NCBI GenBank assembly: GCA_973895155.1
Contig: OZ316896.1
Coordinates: forward strand, 9,435,525 to 9,499,524
Origin: Marsupella aquatica
Taxonomy: Eukaryota > Plantae > Marchantiophyta
Direction: 5' to 3'
DNA: 64,000 nucleotides
Part shown: positions 24,319 to 37,994 of the stretch, in pieces
Numbering within the stretch: position 1 is the stretch's first letter
How the letters are laid out: the number at the start of each line of letters is the position of its first letter
Program-made: the position numbers and the translations under genes
Notes under the pieces: generated by a model
What the model saw: the letters and a program-made list of their open reading frames with translations, nothing else
Told to the model about the DNA's origin: nothing
Database searches by the model: none

Positions 24319-27300
24319 AATGACGCGAAAGTGAAATCTGTACGGGCAGACTGAGGCTTTGAATTCGACATAGCGTAGGGTCTGCCCATGGCCCATGGAG
24401 GCATGGCCCATGGGGTGATTTTGAACACGGTTCGGTAATGATTGCCCTCACGCTTCCAGAGCCGCTCATCCAATACTGCGGAATTCTTCGCATTCGCACT
24501 CTTGCTCGTAATCTGGGTCCGTCCCTCAGTCCTTTTCCTTCTCCACCCCACAATAATAATATAATCCCACATTTAAACCGGGCGGACCTGGAACGATGGT
24601 CCACCACAAAACAAAGAAAATTTCTCCAGGTTTGAGTCACTATAATTGCCCTTAGTGCCCTCTTGACGGAAAGCCTGGATGGACCAAGGCTGGTGAGACC
24701 TGAGGGGAAAGGAAAGCCTGGAGGACAGGAGAGAGGGGCCATTCACTGGATAGCCACATTTTTAATGTGATGATTTTTTGGTGTGGACCGAGGCTAGTGA
24801 CGAGAAGATTATTGTACTTGTTAAAGAAAAAGGGAAAAAACTATCATTTGCAAGAGCAAATTTTATACTCAAGTGACCCCTATTTTTCTATATTCAAGTG
24901 TCTAGCTAACAACAACCTGGCTGGTAGCATCCATTTTGGGGTATCTTTGTGAACTTGCTAGCAATTTGGAGTTTTAGAACAACACTAAAAATATAAAAGG
25001 CAGCAAAAATCAAAAGAAAATTAAGAAAACACTAGTGATTCTCTAACAACTCCTCGCTAGCAAAAATCCTGTTTGCTTGCATTACACAATACTTCGTAAT
25101 GGGAATGGAAAGCCTGGGTGGACCAAGGGGTTTGCTCTCAAGTTCCCATGTATTTCCAAAGCTAGGATAGACTGACTAGGAGCATCAAATGTTAAGATAA
25201 CATTATTTATCGTTTTTATTTAAATATGAACAATAATGGGCCCTGTTGTTTGCAGCTGTTTTCATTAGTCTGCGATGTGGTAAATTGCAGTTCATGCACA
25301 AACTACTCAAGGCATCCTTCCCCAAAGTGGTGAGTTGGTGCTCTTGCTCAGGTACTCAAGGCCTCATTCAAAATGTCCATTGGCAGTTAGTTTATAATAT
25401 TTGATGATCTTTGCACTCATTGGCAATGGAACAAATGATCTCAGAAAAATCTTAAACTTTGTGAAGTAATTAAAGAACATCAGAGAAGACAAGAACTGTT
25501 TGTGTTTCTGTGAAAACTTTGAGCTTAAACAGAGATACAAAAGTTGTCCAAATAATACACAAAGTCTGCAAAACATCATCAACAGTTTATATTTGGTCGG
25601 GACACCTGGAAGAATTACTCAGGGCAGCCATCCTTCTCAAAAGTGAAGCGTCCTTCCAAAGATAGCCAAATAGTGTGAATTTTGGGTGTAAGCAAACCCC
25701 TTGGTCCATCCAAGCTCAACTCTCCTCTTTGCAGATTATTTTTACAATTTTAATAAAAATAAATGAGAAGTTTCACAGTTTTTACTTTTCATGTGCACAT
25801 TATGTTTACATGATAACAACAACATTAAATTGAGCTAATTGAGTGCTTCAAAATGAATCCAACCGTGCGTACCTTCAGATTTCATTTACAAAATAAAAAT
25901 TATTCTTAGTTTTGCAGCTTACATCACTGGTTCGTGTTTATTTGTTATCAGTCTTTGTGATGTGAATAACACTACTTGTATATCAGATTTTTCCATTCCT
26001 CCTTTTGTTTGGGTACTCCTGGTTGGCCTCTTGGGTTTAGAACTATTAGCTACACGTTTTGAGTACTTGTTATATGTCAACCTAAGTTGCAATGTGAAAA
26101 TGCTTGTTAACATGTCTATATCACTCTTTTCAATGTGAAAAACTATACTTGTATCAGACTTTGACATTTCTCTCTCTATTTTAGGTATTTTTGGTTGGCC
26201 CCTAGGGTTAAGATCCATAATTAGCTAGAAGTTTCAAGCAAAAAACCTGATCCAAGCCAATTATTATATTTTATCTAGAGACAAGATTGAGATTACAACA
26301 CCAACTGGTACTAAATTGGGCACCTTGCCGGCTTCAAAATGAGTCTAAACAAACATCTGATTACCAATTTTTGTTGACCAAGTTATATAATACTTGGTAG
26401 TGCAACATTATAATGATTAAGTCTTGTTTTCAATCTTTGCAATGTGAACAACAATACTTGTATCAACTTTTTGCATTCCTCTTAGACGTTTAGTGGATGT
26501 TTACTCGACTGTGCATTGTTGGCGGAAACGGTACCCTTACAATTAGTTAGGTACGTTGTGTGCTTCATCTGGGCTATTGCTGTTTGGCTCGTTGGGAACG
26601 GTCTTTTTGGATTTGACGATGTGATTCAGTTCACCTACGTACATTCTTTTGGTTCTGTTGGTTACTACTTAGTGCTCATGAATACTATTCCCCTGCGGTA
26701 GGATGTGTTGGCCTTTGGGGCTCTTTGATGTACTTTGAGCAAAAGCTCTTCTTTTTGGATTATCAAAGCCCTTCTTTTTGGATTATAACCCCCCCCCCTT
26801 CCCTGGTGGGATTCATGCAAAAACCAAAAAATTATAATGCCAGAAGTATGAATATTTGATTCTGGATGATCACTCCAGATTTGATACGTCATGTAGTGGC
26901 TTGGGACAAGCATGCACCAGTCAAGATGGTGAAGAATTGGAACATTCTACCATAGAATCTGCTCACATGTTGTGGAGGTTCCTGTGTTGACAAGAGGGCC
27001 GTTTGAAGTTGACCAAGCGGGCACAGAGCAAAATCATAAGTTGAATTGAGAGGGCAGCTCAATCAAGACCAGGCAGTTTGTGCGCATGAAGTAGACGTTG
27101 AGCATATAATAGTTAATTTAGGGCAGCTTGTGGATAATCGATTGGAGATTGTGGGATTCGCCGAATGTGCAGGGTAGAGCATATAACTGTAGGGTGAGCA
27201 AACTGTAAGGTAGAGCAAGGCCAACCCAAATCAAGAGGTGGAGACGGGCAGAGGGATCAATAAGTTCAGAGGATGTATTTATAGATTACCATGGGGGCCA

Positions 27301-28982
27301 TCATGTATGTCCATTCTTACACAAAAATTAATAATTTGATCCCAGCCAATTGTCATAAATAATCTATCTAGATTATAAGGAAACTAAAGCCCACATGGAC
27401 CTCCACTTTGTCTATAAACCCTAGATGGACTGGCAAGCTTGGATGGACTTGCCCAAAACATATAAATTGACTCAAATAATATTATTTATACTGTTGACTG
27501 AAATGTGACCTACGGGGTGACCTGTAAACAATCTCCTTACCATTTGCAACCAGTTCAACTACATTACCAAACCGGTTTCCTTGGTAACTTGACAACTTGA
27601 CGACCTTGGACCTCAAAGACATCAAGACGACATTCCATAATCACTCAGGATCACCATGACGTCTAAGTGACTACTTTCTCCCCAAGGTAGTCAAAGTTGT
27701 CAAATGTGATCCACAGTCATGCAACCGGTTCATTTTTCTTTTCAGTGTAAAAACAATGATTGCTTTACGCTGTCCGTGGGGATGGGCAGGGAAAATGCCT
27801 TGGTCCATCCTGGCTTTTGTTTGAGATGTCAAGCGTTTTACTAAAAAATGTACCTATATCAATGTTTTATATCAAAATTAGGAATAATGCATCAATTTTG
27901 ACTTATCAATAATTTCTTATCAATCTACTTAAAATGTTGCCAAATTGTTGTGTTAAGTTTTATATTAAGAGTTTACAAATACTACCTACTGATCTAAGAT
28001 CAACATCCAAAAGAACCTGGATTTGCCTATCCCCATCTTGAGAAGTCATCATCCAATTTGATTGGAAAGAGAAAGGACCGGTTACCAAGCCGTGTTTGTG
28101 ACTCGTTGTAGGTTCATGTGGGCACCCCACAGCTGCAGCACAAGCACATGGTACTACACTTTGTTTTGGTGGTGGTCCCTTGGCTTGTGGTACCTCCATT
28201 TCCCAGTTTTTGGATTCATATGGAGGCCTGTCTACCAGCGTCCTTTGCTTAAGGGAATTCCAAATTGCACTACCAAAGACCGCCTTGGGGTTGTGTCTGC
28301 AAGCATAAGCCGACCTTGTAGTAACGTACTATGCAGTTGTTTTGTCACCACATTCCAATAAAGTGTCTTTTCTTTTGGTCCTTTTGGCTCAGATTCAAAT
28401 CTCTCCGAGGTTGCATCAAAAGTTCTAGGGATGTATGCGGAATTATTTGTTTTTGTGACACGGTTGATGTCGCATTCCTCAACCCATAGCACTATCTATG
28501 GGTAACAATCCTCTTCCTTGCAATTCATACCTCATGACGTAGTGTAGCACCTTGCCAAATATTGCATGCCTCAACATAATGTAATCCTTGAAGAATGTTA
28601 CATTCGTTTGTGGAATAGGACGGCACATTCAATGGGACCGTCTTCCCACGAGAATGACGGATTCATTCTCCTTGCAATATTTTCCAGGTCAGTGATCTCA
28701 AGCTAGTGTGTATTGCTGAGCTCATTGCAAGTGATCATCAAGACACTGTGCAATATACCACGTTTTCTCACCATGCACTTAAGGTTGTCGAGGTGTTTTC
28801 TATGCCACACCGGGCTTCTAGGAATGGATTGGGTGATTGTATTTTTATAAATGATTTGTAAATATCCTTTTGGTGAAGTCTGAGAATTTTTATTTGATCA
28901 ACAAGTATTCCCTCTCAATCACAGTTGGCTTGCTCATGGCTGCTATTTGGCTGGCGGCCTATCTCTAGCTAGTAAATGATGA

Positions 28983-30130
28983 TGTGAAATGGCAAAAAGG
29001 AGCATTGAAGTGAAAATTGTACATTTTAAAACTTTTTGGCCTTACGGAAAGCTTCTTCAAGTCAATAAACCACCCCTTAATTCATTTTAAGCCTCAAAGG
29101 AACATTTTGGAGAAATTTGAGAGATTGAGTTTTTGACGGAACAATTGCTTTCATTGGGAGCTCTACGAAAGAAATCACTTTGAAAGCTGCAGAATCAGTT
29201 TAGACTTTCGGTAGGAACTTTGACGGACGATTGTGGGTCGGCCCGATGTCGGTTTGAGGAGATTTTTGGTGCGTTGGAAAGCTCTTGCCAAGGGCTACAA
29301 GGAGAATTCTAGTTTGGACCCAAAAGACTAACTTCAAAATATCCCAAACCGATTCTACGAGGTTTTTTGGCATATGTTACTTAAACCGTTTTCTATCTCT
29401 TTTGCACCTTTTGAGCTTTTCCATTAGTTGGATAGAATAGGATATAGAGAGACTTAGATTAGGACACCCTTAGGAGTTAGATTTAGAGGGTCTTAGACTC
29501 ATCTTACCTTTTAGGACTTTAAGTTTAGATAAGAAAAGGTTTGTAGACTTTTAAACCTTTTGGCATCTTAAGCCTTTGAGGGAGCCTACAATTGGACTCC
29601 CAAGACCATTTTTCATTGTCTTTTCCTTGGAATGTTAAGCCTTGACCATTTTGGGTCTTTCTCTCGTGCCAATCTTGGGCTTAGGAGAGAGGCTTAAACC
29701 AAAAGGGATTGTACCACACTTGTGCATTGAAAGTATAACTTTTGCCTCAAAGTTCAATGAATGGATGTCAAAAGTTATGGATGATTCATAAGAACCATGG
29801 ATTCGTAAGAGAAAACTTTGATATCTAGGGAGAGGAGAATTGTAGCGAGTCATTTGATGTAAATCCGATCTCTACTCGAGTATATGGAAGTCAATGATGA
29901 ATGAAAATCAGAATACCTATTGATAAGAAGTTAGATCTTATGAATTTGGTGATCCAAGAGTCTCTTGAAGAATTGTTTTGGAAAATTACATAATAAAAGA
30001 GTTAAGAAATCCCTTTAGGACTTCAATTCATCTAAAACCACAGTAAATTGCTTTCCTTATTTCTTACGGGACCAAATCTTGGTTATTTTGATCAAGATCA
30101 CACACAATTGGTGTTGTTCTACTTACCACA
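28983..30130 (+). repeat. 5' LTR
   Basis: TGTGAAATGGC...TTACCACA, near-identical to 31994-33140. Confidence 0.93.
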
Positions 30131-31993
30131 TATTCTTTTTGGCGCCGCTCCCGAGGAATAAATCAAAATCAATTTATGAAGGAAGCCAAGTGAATTTGCC
30201 CAAACAAAGATTGAAGAAAGAAAAGACAAAAATATAACAACAAAGGATCGGTTTGGACGATAAATTGCCTGACTGAATTAGCCAAAACACAGATCAAAGG
30301 AAGAAAGCCCAAGCAATCGAAGTGGGCTGTAAATCGTTTTCACAAAAAATTGATTTGATAAGTGGACAATTCCAGTTGGCAAATCCAATTTGAAGGAGAA
30401 GGAAGAAAAGATCAAGTATTGGATTGGGCAGACATCGATTTCAATAAGGAGAAATCAATTTGGTAAGGGCACCAATCTGATTGGAAAATCCAATTTGAAG
30501 GAGAAGAGGACTCATTGTTCAAAGGAATCTGATCAATTCCCCTCGAGTAATTGACTTTGTGAGTATCCATGAGGACTCACCACAGTTTGGCTCACCCTTG
30601 ACATTTACAGTTATTCATTTTTAATTAATAATGCCCCATCTGTCTTAGTCAAATCAATGAGAGAAAAGATGGAAAGGGAGATGGAGAAGCAGGAAATTGA
30701 GAGGAAGACCAATGTACCAGTTGGTCCAGTATGTTGGTCAAGTCAATTAAGAGTATTTGATGGCGGATAAACAGGACTGTATTTTAATGTTAGAATAAGA
30801 ACAGTTATAGAAATTTTGAATTTTTTTAGTTCCCCAATCTAGTCTCAACAGGTCTAGAATATGAAAACTCAAATTAAAGAGGAAATGAACTCTCTCAAAA
30901 CGAAGGAAAACGATTTAAGAGGCTTAAGGGCCAAAATTCAAACTGAAGTACGGATTGCTGAGGTGGAAAACCGTTCACTCATTGAAGATCAGCCTTCTAG
31001 TGATGAAGCAACTGATTCTGATGAAGAGACATCTGAGGCGATTGCTGAGAAGGAAGGAATTTTGAAACAAGTGCTATGCCATCAGTTGGACACGGCTAAG
31101 TTGCAAGGAGCCATGGAATTTTTTTGTAGAGCTAATGCTCTAAACACTTGCCTGATTGAGGAGCTCATGCAGAATTTTCATTGTTAAAAAGAAGCCCTCC
31201 TCAATGAGATAGAATCAATGAAGACCAAACAAGTTGTTGCAGAGCGAATCAAGATGAACATGGAGACGGAAAAGAAAAAGCTTGAGAAAACAACTCAGAG
31301 AAGTGATTCAGAGCTTGGTGCTGCCTACCATTCAACAATCGCTTGAGACTTTGACTCGGGCAGTGGATCAATTTTGCTTTAAGCAGAAGATCGTCTTCAA
31401 CTGGCTGCCTTGACCTCTGAAGGATGGACCACAAATGAGAAGAGTTTGCCTAAGATTGCCACTACCATCACCAATCAAAAGGGTTTGTTACACAAAAAGT
31501 ATGAGGAGATTATGAAGTCAGTGAATGATCTGCGAGATTTTTCAGATCATCATGTGAAGTCTCCTCCTCTTGAGAATTACCTTTTAAAAAGGGACATTAA
31601 TCGCTTCATTTAGAATATCTAAAGCGATTTCTTTCCTTTCAAATGTCCATTTCCTTGTTGATTATTTTTCCCAAGTGGCTACACCTGAAGTGAACTACCA
31701 CTTGTTCTTCATCTACATTTCAAAGTTTGGAGGATCTCACCTTGATGCTATGAGAATTGCTGCTTTAAAAACAAGCTTTTCTCTCAACCTAAACTTTGAA
31801 TTCATAAGGAGGAGCTGGAGTTACTCAATAGTGGAAGGAAATATTGTTCACCTTTTGTCAAAGAAGGACACGCCCAACATTGAATACATGGTGTTAGAGG
31901 GGATCATGACCTGGTACATCCTTTCCAAAGAAGAAAATTTTCCAACTTGACTCAAGTGTTTGCGAGGTTGCTTCACATTTGAGGAGGGGGTTA

Positions 31994-33140
31994 TGTGGAA
32001 TGACAAAAAGGAGCATTGAAGTGAAAATTATACATTTTAAAACTTTTTGGCCTTACTGTTCAAAGCTTCTCCAAGTCAATAAACCACCCCTTAATTCATT
32101 TTAAGCCTCAAAGGAACGTTTTGGAGAAAGTTGAGAGATTGAGTTTTCGACGGAACAATCGCTTTGGGAGCTCTCCGAAAGAAATCGCTTTGAAAGCTGC
32201 AGAATCAGTTTAGACTTTCGGCAGGAACTTTGACATACGATTGTGGGTCGGCCCGATGTCGGTTTGAGGAGATTTTTGGTGCATTGGAAAGCTCTTGCCA
32301 AGGGCTACAAGGAGAATTCTAGTTTGGACCCAAAAGACCAACTTCAAAATATCCCCAACCGATCTCCAAGGTTTTTTGGCATATGTTACTTTAACCATTT
32401 TCTATCTCTTTTGCACCTTTTGAGCTTTTCCATTAGTTGGATAGAATAGGATATAGAGAGACTTAGATTAGGACACCCTTAGGAGTTAGATTTAGAGAGT
32501 CTTAGACTCATCTTACCTTTTAGGACTTTAAGTTTAGATAAGAAAAGGTTTGTAGACTTTTTAAACCTTTTGGCATCTCAAGCCTTCGAGGGAGCCTACA
32601 ATTGGACTCCCAAGACCATTTTTCATTGTCTTTTCCTTGGAATGTTAAGCCTTGACCATTTTGGGTCTTTCTCTCGTGCCAATCTTGGGCTTAGGAGAGA
32701 GGCTTAAACCAAAAGGGATTGTACCACACTTGTGCATTGAAAGTATAACTTTTGCCTCAAAGTTCAATGAATGGATGTCAAAAGTTATGGATGATTCATA
32801 AGAACCATGGATTCGTAAGAGAAAACTTTGATATCTAGGGAAAGGAGAATTGTAGCGAGTCATTTGATGTAAATCCGATCTCTACTCGAGTATATGGAAG
32901 TCAATGATGAATGAAAATTAGAATACCTATTGATAAGAAGGTAGATCTTATGAATTTGGTGATCCAAGGGTCTCTTGAAGAATTGTTTTGGAAAATTACA
33001 TAATAAAAGAGTAAAGAAATCCCTTTAGGACTTCAATTCATCTAAAACCACAGTAAATTGCTTTCCTTATTCCTTACGGGACCAAATCTTGGTTATTTTG
33101 AGCAAGATCACACACAATTGGTGTTGTTCTATTTACCACA
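31994..33140 (+). repeat. 3' LTR
   Basis: TGTGGAATGAC...TTACCACA, preceded by the PPT. Confidence 0.93.
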
Positions 33141-36100
33141 GATGAGCATGTACGGCTTGTACAAAGTGAACACACTGAACAACTATTGGATTCTGCGTTT
33201 GATGTAGTTAATGAAGCTAAACCCTATGTGGTGAAACTCCCAGGTTGAGTGCACAAACAAGAACAGGAACATAATTGCAGTCTCCAATATATCAATTTTG
33301 AATTGTTTGATAGCCCTTTAGTGTTGGTTTGGATGTTTTCTCTACAGTACATGCAATTGCGGGTATACACATCGCTTGAGCAAAAGATTTGGTATTGACG
33401 CTTGCATGAAGCTATGATTGTGTACATCACATCTTGTAGGGTCAAATGGATCAAAGTTCATTGATTGAGTGGTGATTCCTTTTGCCCTCTTGTCTTGATA
33501 ATGTCATCGACCGCGTTGGAACTATGGATGCACAGTGCAAGCTAGGGTTGGTTTTGGCAGCTCAACCAATGACACGTATATATTCCTTGAAGAGCTTATT
33601 TAATTTGTGGTCAAATTTTGTTCCATCACTTTGTAAATTTATTGCATGATCTTGTCTCTATTGTCGCACTCTAAGGTCTCTAGATTCCAAGATACTAATA
33701 TATAAGGGGCTATCCAAGAGGCTTTCATTCTTGTAGAATTGGAGAAGAAGCCTTGGAACTTTTGTATGATGTGTAGTTGATAGTCAATTAGCAACAATAA
33801 TTGCATGTAGAGCAATTTCACGGCCAAGATATTGATTGCGTATTGTGAAGATACAAAAGTGTTTATTTGAATCCTTGTGCAGTTGCAACCACATGTTAGG
33901 CATGTACATTGACATTTTTGTTTTGGGTTTTAATGTACTCATTCATGAAAGCATAAGTTGCATATGCCATACAACATCATGTTGATTTTTTGAACGGTTG
34001 TGAATGTCATGTCGAGCCTTGGAGTGTTGCCATACTATACAATTGTCCACACAATCCAAAAATTAGCTTTCATGTCTCAGCCTGTGTTTTGGCAAATTGC
34101 TTTCCATTCTTGGATGCACAAATGGGCCAAGGCCCATTCTTGAGAAAATGGGGTTTGCAACTTGACACGAGCGGCTACTACACGTTTGCATGTAGCGTCT
34201 CTTCTCTTGGAGATTGTTCTTTGAGGCATGTTTTGCAGTTGTAGTCACAATTGAGATTGGTTATATTCCTTGTCGCCCTTAAAAAACAATATGAATTGGT
34301 CAATTTTCTGACCTATCTCAAATTCAATTTAGAGTATTCCAAACTTGTTGTGGAGTTCAAAATTATTCATTCACCATTATTGAATTGCAAGACACAACAA
34401 TTTTTGGTAGGTCAAGTCACATCAACAACTTTGACAGGGAGACTAATGGGTGTAAGCTATCAAAGATAAGGACTTAATTGTTTTGTCTTTGACTCAATGA
34501 TTCACCATAATGTACAATGATTGACCTGTCCTACTTGGCATGATGGGGGCGGAAATTAGCCAAATCCCTCGCACCTCATTGTTGATGGTAGAAGTTGTTT
34601 TATTGATGTTATCATCAGCATCACATTTTGTTCTTGTCATCCATATATGTGTTGTGAACCTTGGTTATAGTAAAATTGAACACTACTATGTTTGTATCGG
34701 TCTGAGGAACCTTATACATGGCACGAAAGATACGAGAGTTCAATCGGGAGTTCAACAACCTTGTATATTCTAAAATAATTGCAACTGAGATGGGGTTTAT
34801 ATATCGTCTAAGTTGTTATGTATTAACTAAATGTCCTCTTTTCTTTGGAAAGCACAAGGCTCAAAGTTTAGCTGGTTCTAATCGCCAAATGTTCTAGCCC
34901 AAAAAATCAATGATCTTTGTAGATACACATTTGTTAATGGATTTACCTTGCGTTTCTTGAAATGTTTGAATACATCCAGGACTATTCATTAGTATTGAGC
35001 TTGAACTAATCTAGAGATTGAAGTCGTGCAACGCAATGGAGAGTGACGGGAAAGTACTTGTTCATTTTGTTGCCATTAATTGGCTTGAATATTAATTTTA
35101 AATTACAATCCCAAGCGTCACCAATCCTTTAGCAAAAGTCCAATCATTCAAGCTAGCTAGAGAAGCAATTTCAGTTCCTAGTAATGTACATGGACTTTGC
35201 TACCTAAACTGCATCCTTGTTATGAATGAGTGTACCTGCATTAAAGATCAAAAAACAAAGTGCATTACAAGTGTTAAAGCTACAGTGTTGAACCTATTTA
35301 CCCACCTTCCCATCACCTTTAGCTTTGCCATATAATTACAAAAGTTGTTGAAGGGCGATATGGAATTCCTAATTATTACCCACCTCCCCCTCACCTCCAT
35401 AGTTCTCTTTTCCCCCAGGCCCGACCATGCTCTTGACTTCACTCACCTCCTTTGCTACCAATATATTCTAGTGCAGCTAGAGGCAATCATCTTGTTGCTC
35501 TGCTTCTTCAAATTCAAGAGTTGGAGGCCGAAACAGTTTGTATATGTGCGGGGCTTTGGATAATACTCTTGTGGCAAACAACATATTCATATGATTCAAC
35601 CAATGTGCTCTTCATGGAAGCAATCAATATAAAACCTAGAAAGACAACATGATCTATCTTCTTAATGACCAAAAACTTTATAGAGATGCATGCTGACAAA
35701 TCTAGTGACCAATGTTAGGTTCTCTTTACCACTTTTACAACTCCTCCTACCACGTGCTTTGGACAAGAATTCATGATAAGGCCCTAGCGATTCTTGATGT
35801 TTTTCTGTGTTTCAAACCTGGCTAACTTAGTGGATATTAATACTTCTCAACTCTTACAGCCCAAGGAAGCAGGACATTAATCTCCTTTTCATCCCGTGAT
35901 ACTTTTGTCTCTATTGAGGACTTTCCATCAATTGAGGGCACCCTCCACCCACTTCAAATTTCAGTGTTTGTAATGCTTGCCCAACAAGCTCCCAACTCCC
36001 AATTTAGAAGCTCATCCTTCTACTGATGAGCCAATTTAAACTCCTACAATGATATTGGAGTTTAGCCTGCACAAAAGTTCAATGTCAAAAGCCAAGTATG

Positions 36101-37719
36101 TTGCCTGGAACATGTGCTTATATGCTAACCACATGGCTACTATTTACTTGTGTGCAATGAATGACAAAGTTGCAATGTATCACAATGTCAGTACGATGGG
36201 TTTTCAAACTATATACCTGCACTGTCATACAAAATGGCCTCTTTAGTACATAAGGGATCATCCTTTGCACTTATACAAAGAAGACTAACAACAATTGATT
36301 ATAAACTTGATTTGTGTGGGCGCGCGGCAAAATCAATTTTGAAGGAGACGATGGAGCTGGAGAAGGGCTCCAAGCTTGTACCTCTTTTCTCTTCTCTCCA
36401 ATCATGTAACCAATTCTCCAACAAGCTGGAAAATTGATTTAATGATTCTTGCCCAATGAGATCCCACCTCCTAATTTACTCCCAACTTGCCATACGTTGA
36501 TCAGGTCTCGACAATTGGTCAGAAATTTATCCAAACTAAAATGTTTTCTTCAAAAAAATAACACTTCTAGCATGTCAATACACCCAATGTTCTCACAATA
36601 AATTTACAATTGACTTATAATTCACAAACTGTGTCTTAAATTTCTTTGCTTTGCTGGCGATTCAACTAATATCTTTGAAGGTTAGTTCTTTGATATATAG
36701 TGATCTCCTTTGAATGGAAAACAACTGCAAAAATCCTGTCTACAATACACCAACCATAAATCTATTCAAGCATGTTCTATGTCAAAACCTCATGGGTATC
36801 ATAAATGTTGAAATTGTTTGGTCCCTTCATCACAAAGAGATTGATAGCACTTAATTGGTACATAAAAAATCTTGGTTGGGCGCGTTGGACAATGTTAGAA
36901 GAAGATTTAAAATGGATGGTGAGGCTAAAGCTAGGGACTTCAAAATTGGAAGTCATTCAGAGTTGTAAAGTCCCTTCGTCCAATCAATTTTAAGACTTTT
37001 CTTGTCCTTTGAGCGACAAATTGTTCTCAGTAGTGAAGACCAATTGAAATTGTTTTGTCGCAATTGAATGAGAAGACACAAATAATTCATGAAAAATAAA
37101 GGGCATCATTTTGGGTCTTACTTCCAATTGAAACAAAGAAATGACTAATTTAGTGTATTCTGAGTGGTTTTGAGAGCTTTTACTCATAAGCTCTATAATT
37201 CTAAATTGTAAAGTAATGAAAATGATTCAAATAACGAACACAAGTAAAAATTATCCTTTCAGGTTAGGAAGAAAGAGGTTGACATATGTCAAGGTTCATT
37301 TTCTTCATAACTCCATATGTAAGGAATTCATCACTCAGTTCAGGTTTCATTATGTATACTAGAGAGTCATATTAAAGTGCCGTTAACATGTATTTTCTTT
37401 TCTTCCTAATTGATACTTGGGAAATGACTAATAGACTATCACTTCAACATCTAGGCGATACTGTGAGAAATGAATGTCCGCAACATCATTCACAAATAGA
37501 ATCAATGTCTATATGATGAGAGAAATCTTAGCATCTCGTGCTCAAGCAATCCTCTTTCATAATAGCATAACACCAAAAGTTTTAAAGACAAGGTCAAGTC
37601 ACCGACATGACGGAATCTGTTGACTCAAGTTGTCAAGACAGGTAGAAAATTCTCATTAACACTTTACTTGGGGTGGTGCAACAACACCAAGGTCCAAGGA
37701 AAGAGGAAGACTCCTTAAT

Positions 37720-37990
37720 ACAAACCATTCTCCCTAATGTCTTTAAAACTGATTAAATTCCTAGTGGCATTGGGTGCGTATATAACAGATTTCATGTGTA
37801 TGACCGTATCCTAGGGTATTTAAGTAATTTTGGTTGGTCCATATCCTTCTTCTATATATTTGATTACTCCCTAGAATTGTGGTCATTTGCGTATGGAAAG
37901 GAGTGATCTATGACAAGTAGTTCTTACATTTTAGAATTGTATGAGAAGTGTCACTATCAATTGTACAAGTCCTTGCATCATTTAATGGTA
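37720..37990 (-). pseudogene. Copia (Bianca-type) protease fragment, inverted
   Basis: DARTCTIDSDTSHTILKCKNYLS..ITP..QMTTILGSNQI, homologous to 50643-50900. Confidence 0.75.
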
Positions 37991-37994
37991 TGGG

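Larger units (their letters stand above)
28983..33140 (+). mobile_element. Non-autonomous LTR retrotransposon (Gypsy-derived, LARD/TRIM-like)
   Basis: Two ~1.15-kb TG...CA LTRs and a 5-bp TSD GATGA (28978-28982 / 33141-33145). PBS TGGCGCCGCTCCCGAGGA at 30140 resembles the Athila-type tRNA-Asp PBS. PPT GAGGAGGGGG at 31981-31990. The 1.86-kb interior lacks recognisable RT/IN. Confidence 0.93.
28050..33560 (-). pseudogene. Decayed Helitron Rep (HUH) region, Helitron2/Helentron-like, split by an LTR insertion
   Basis: Minus-strand frames give SPVWHRKHLDNLKCMVRKRG..ITCNE, SWEDGPIECAVLFHKR, FGKVLHYVMRYELQGRG..IVLW (28480-28560) and LWGAHMNLQRV (~28110-28140). INYIKRR..LFSVFTLYKPY lies on the other side of the insertion. 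No helicase is recognisable. Confidence 0.75.

Noticed and set aside
26517-27320. TGTTGG start resembling an LTR
   Set aside because: No matching CA end with a TSD found.
29635-29853. Duplicated 72-aa ORF (also 32645-32863)
   Set aside because: Lies within the LTRs; the duplication is explained by LTR identity.
34800-37400. AT-rich stretch with many short ORFs
   Set aside because: No recognisable motifs; probably old TE debris that cannot be assigned by eye.
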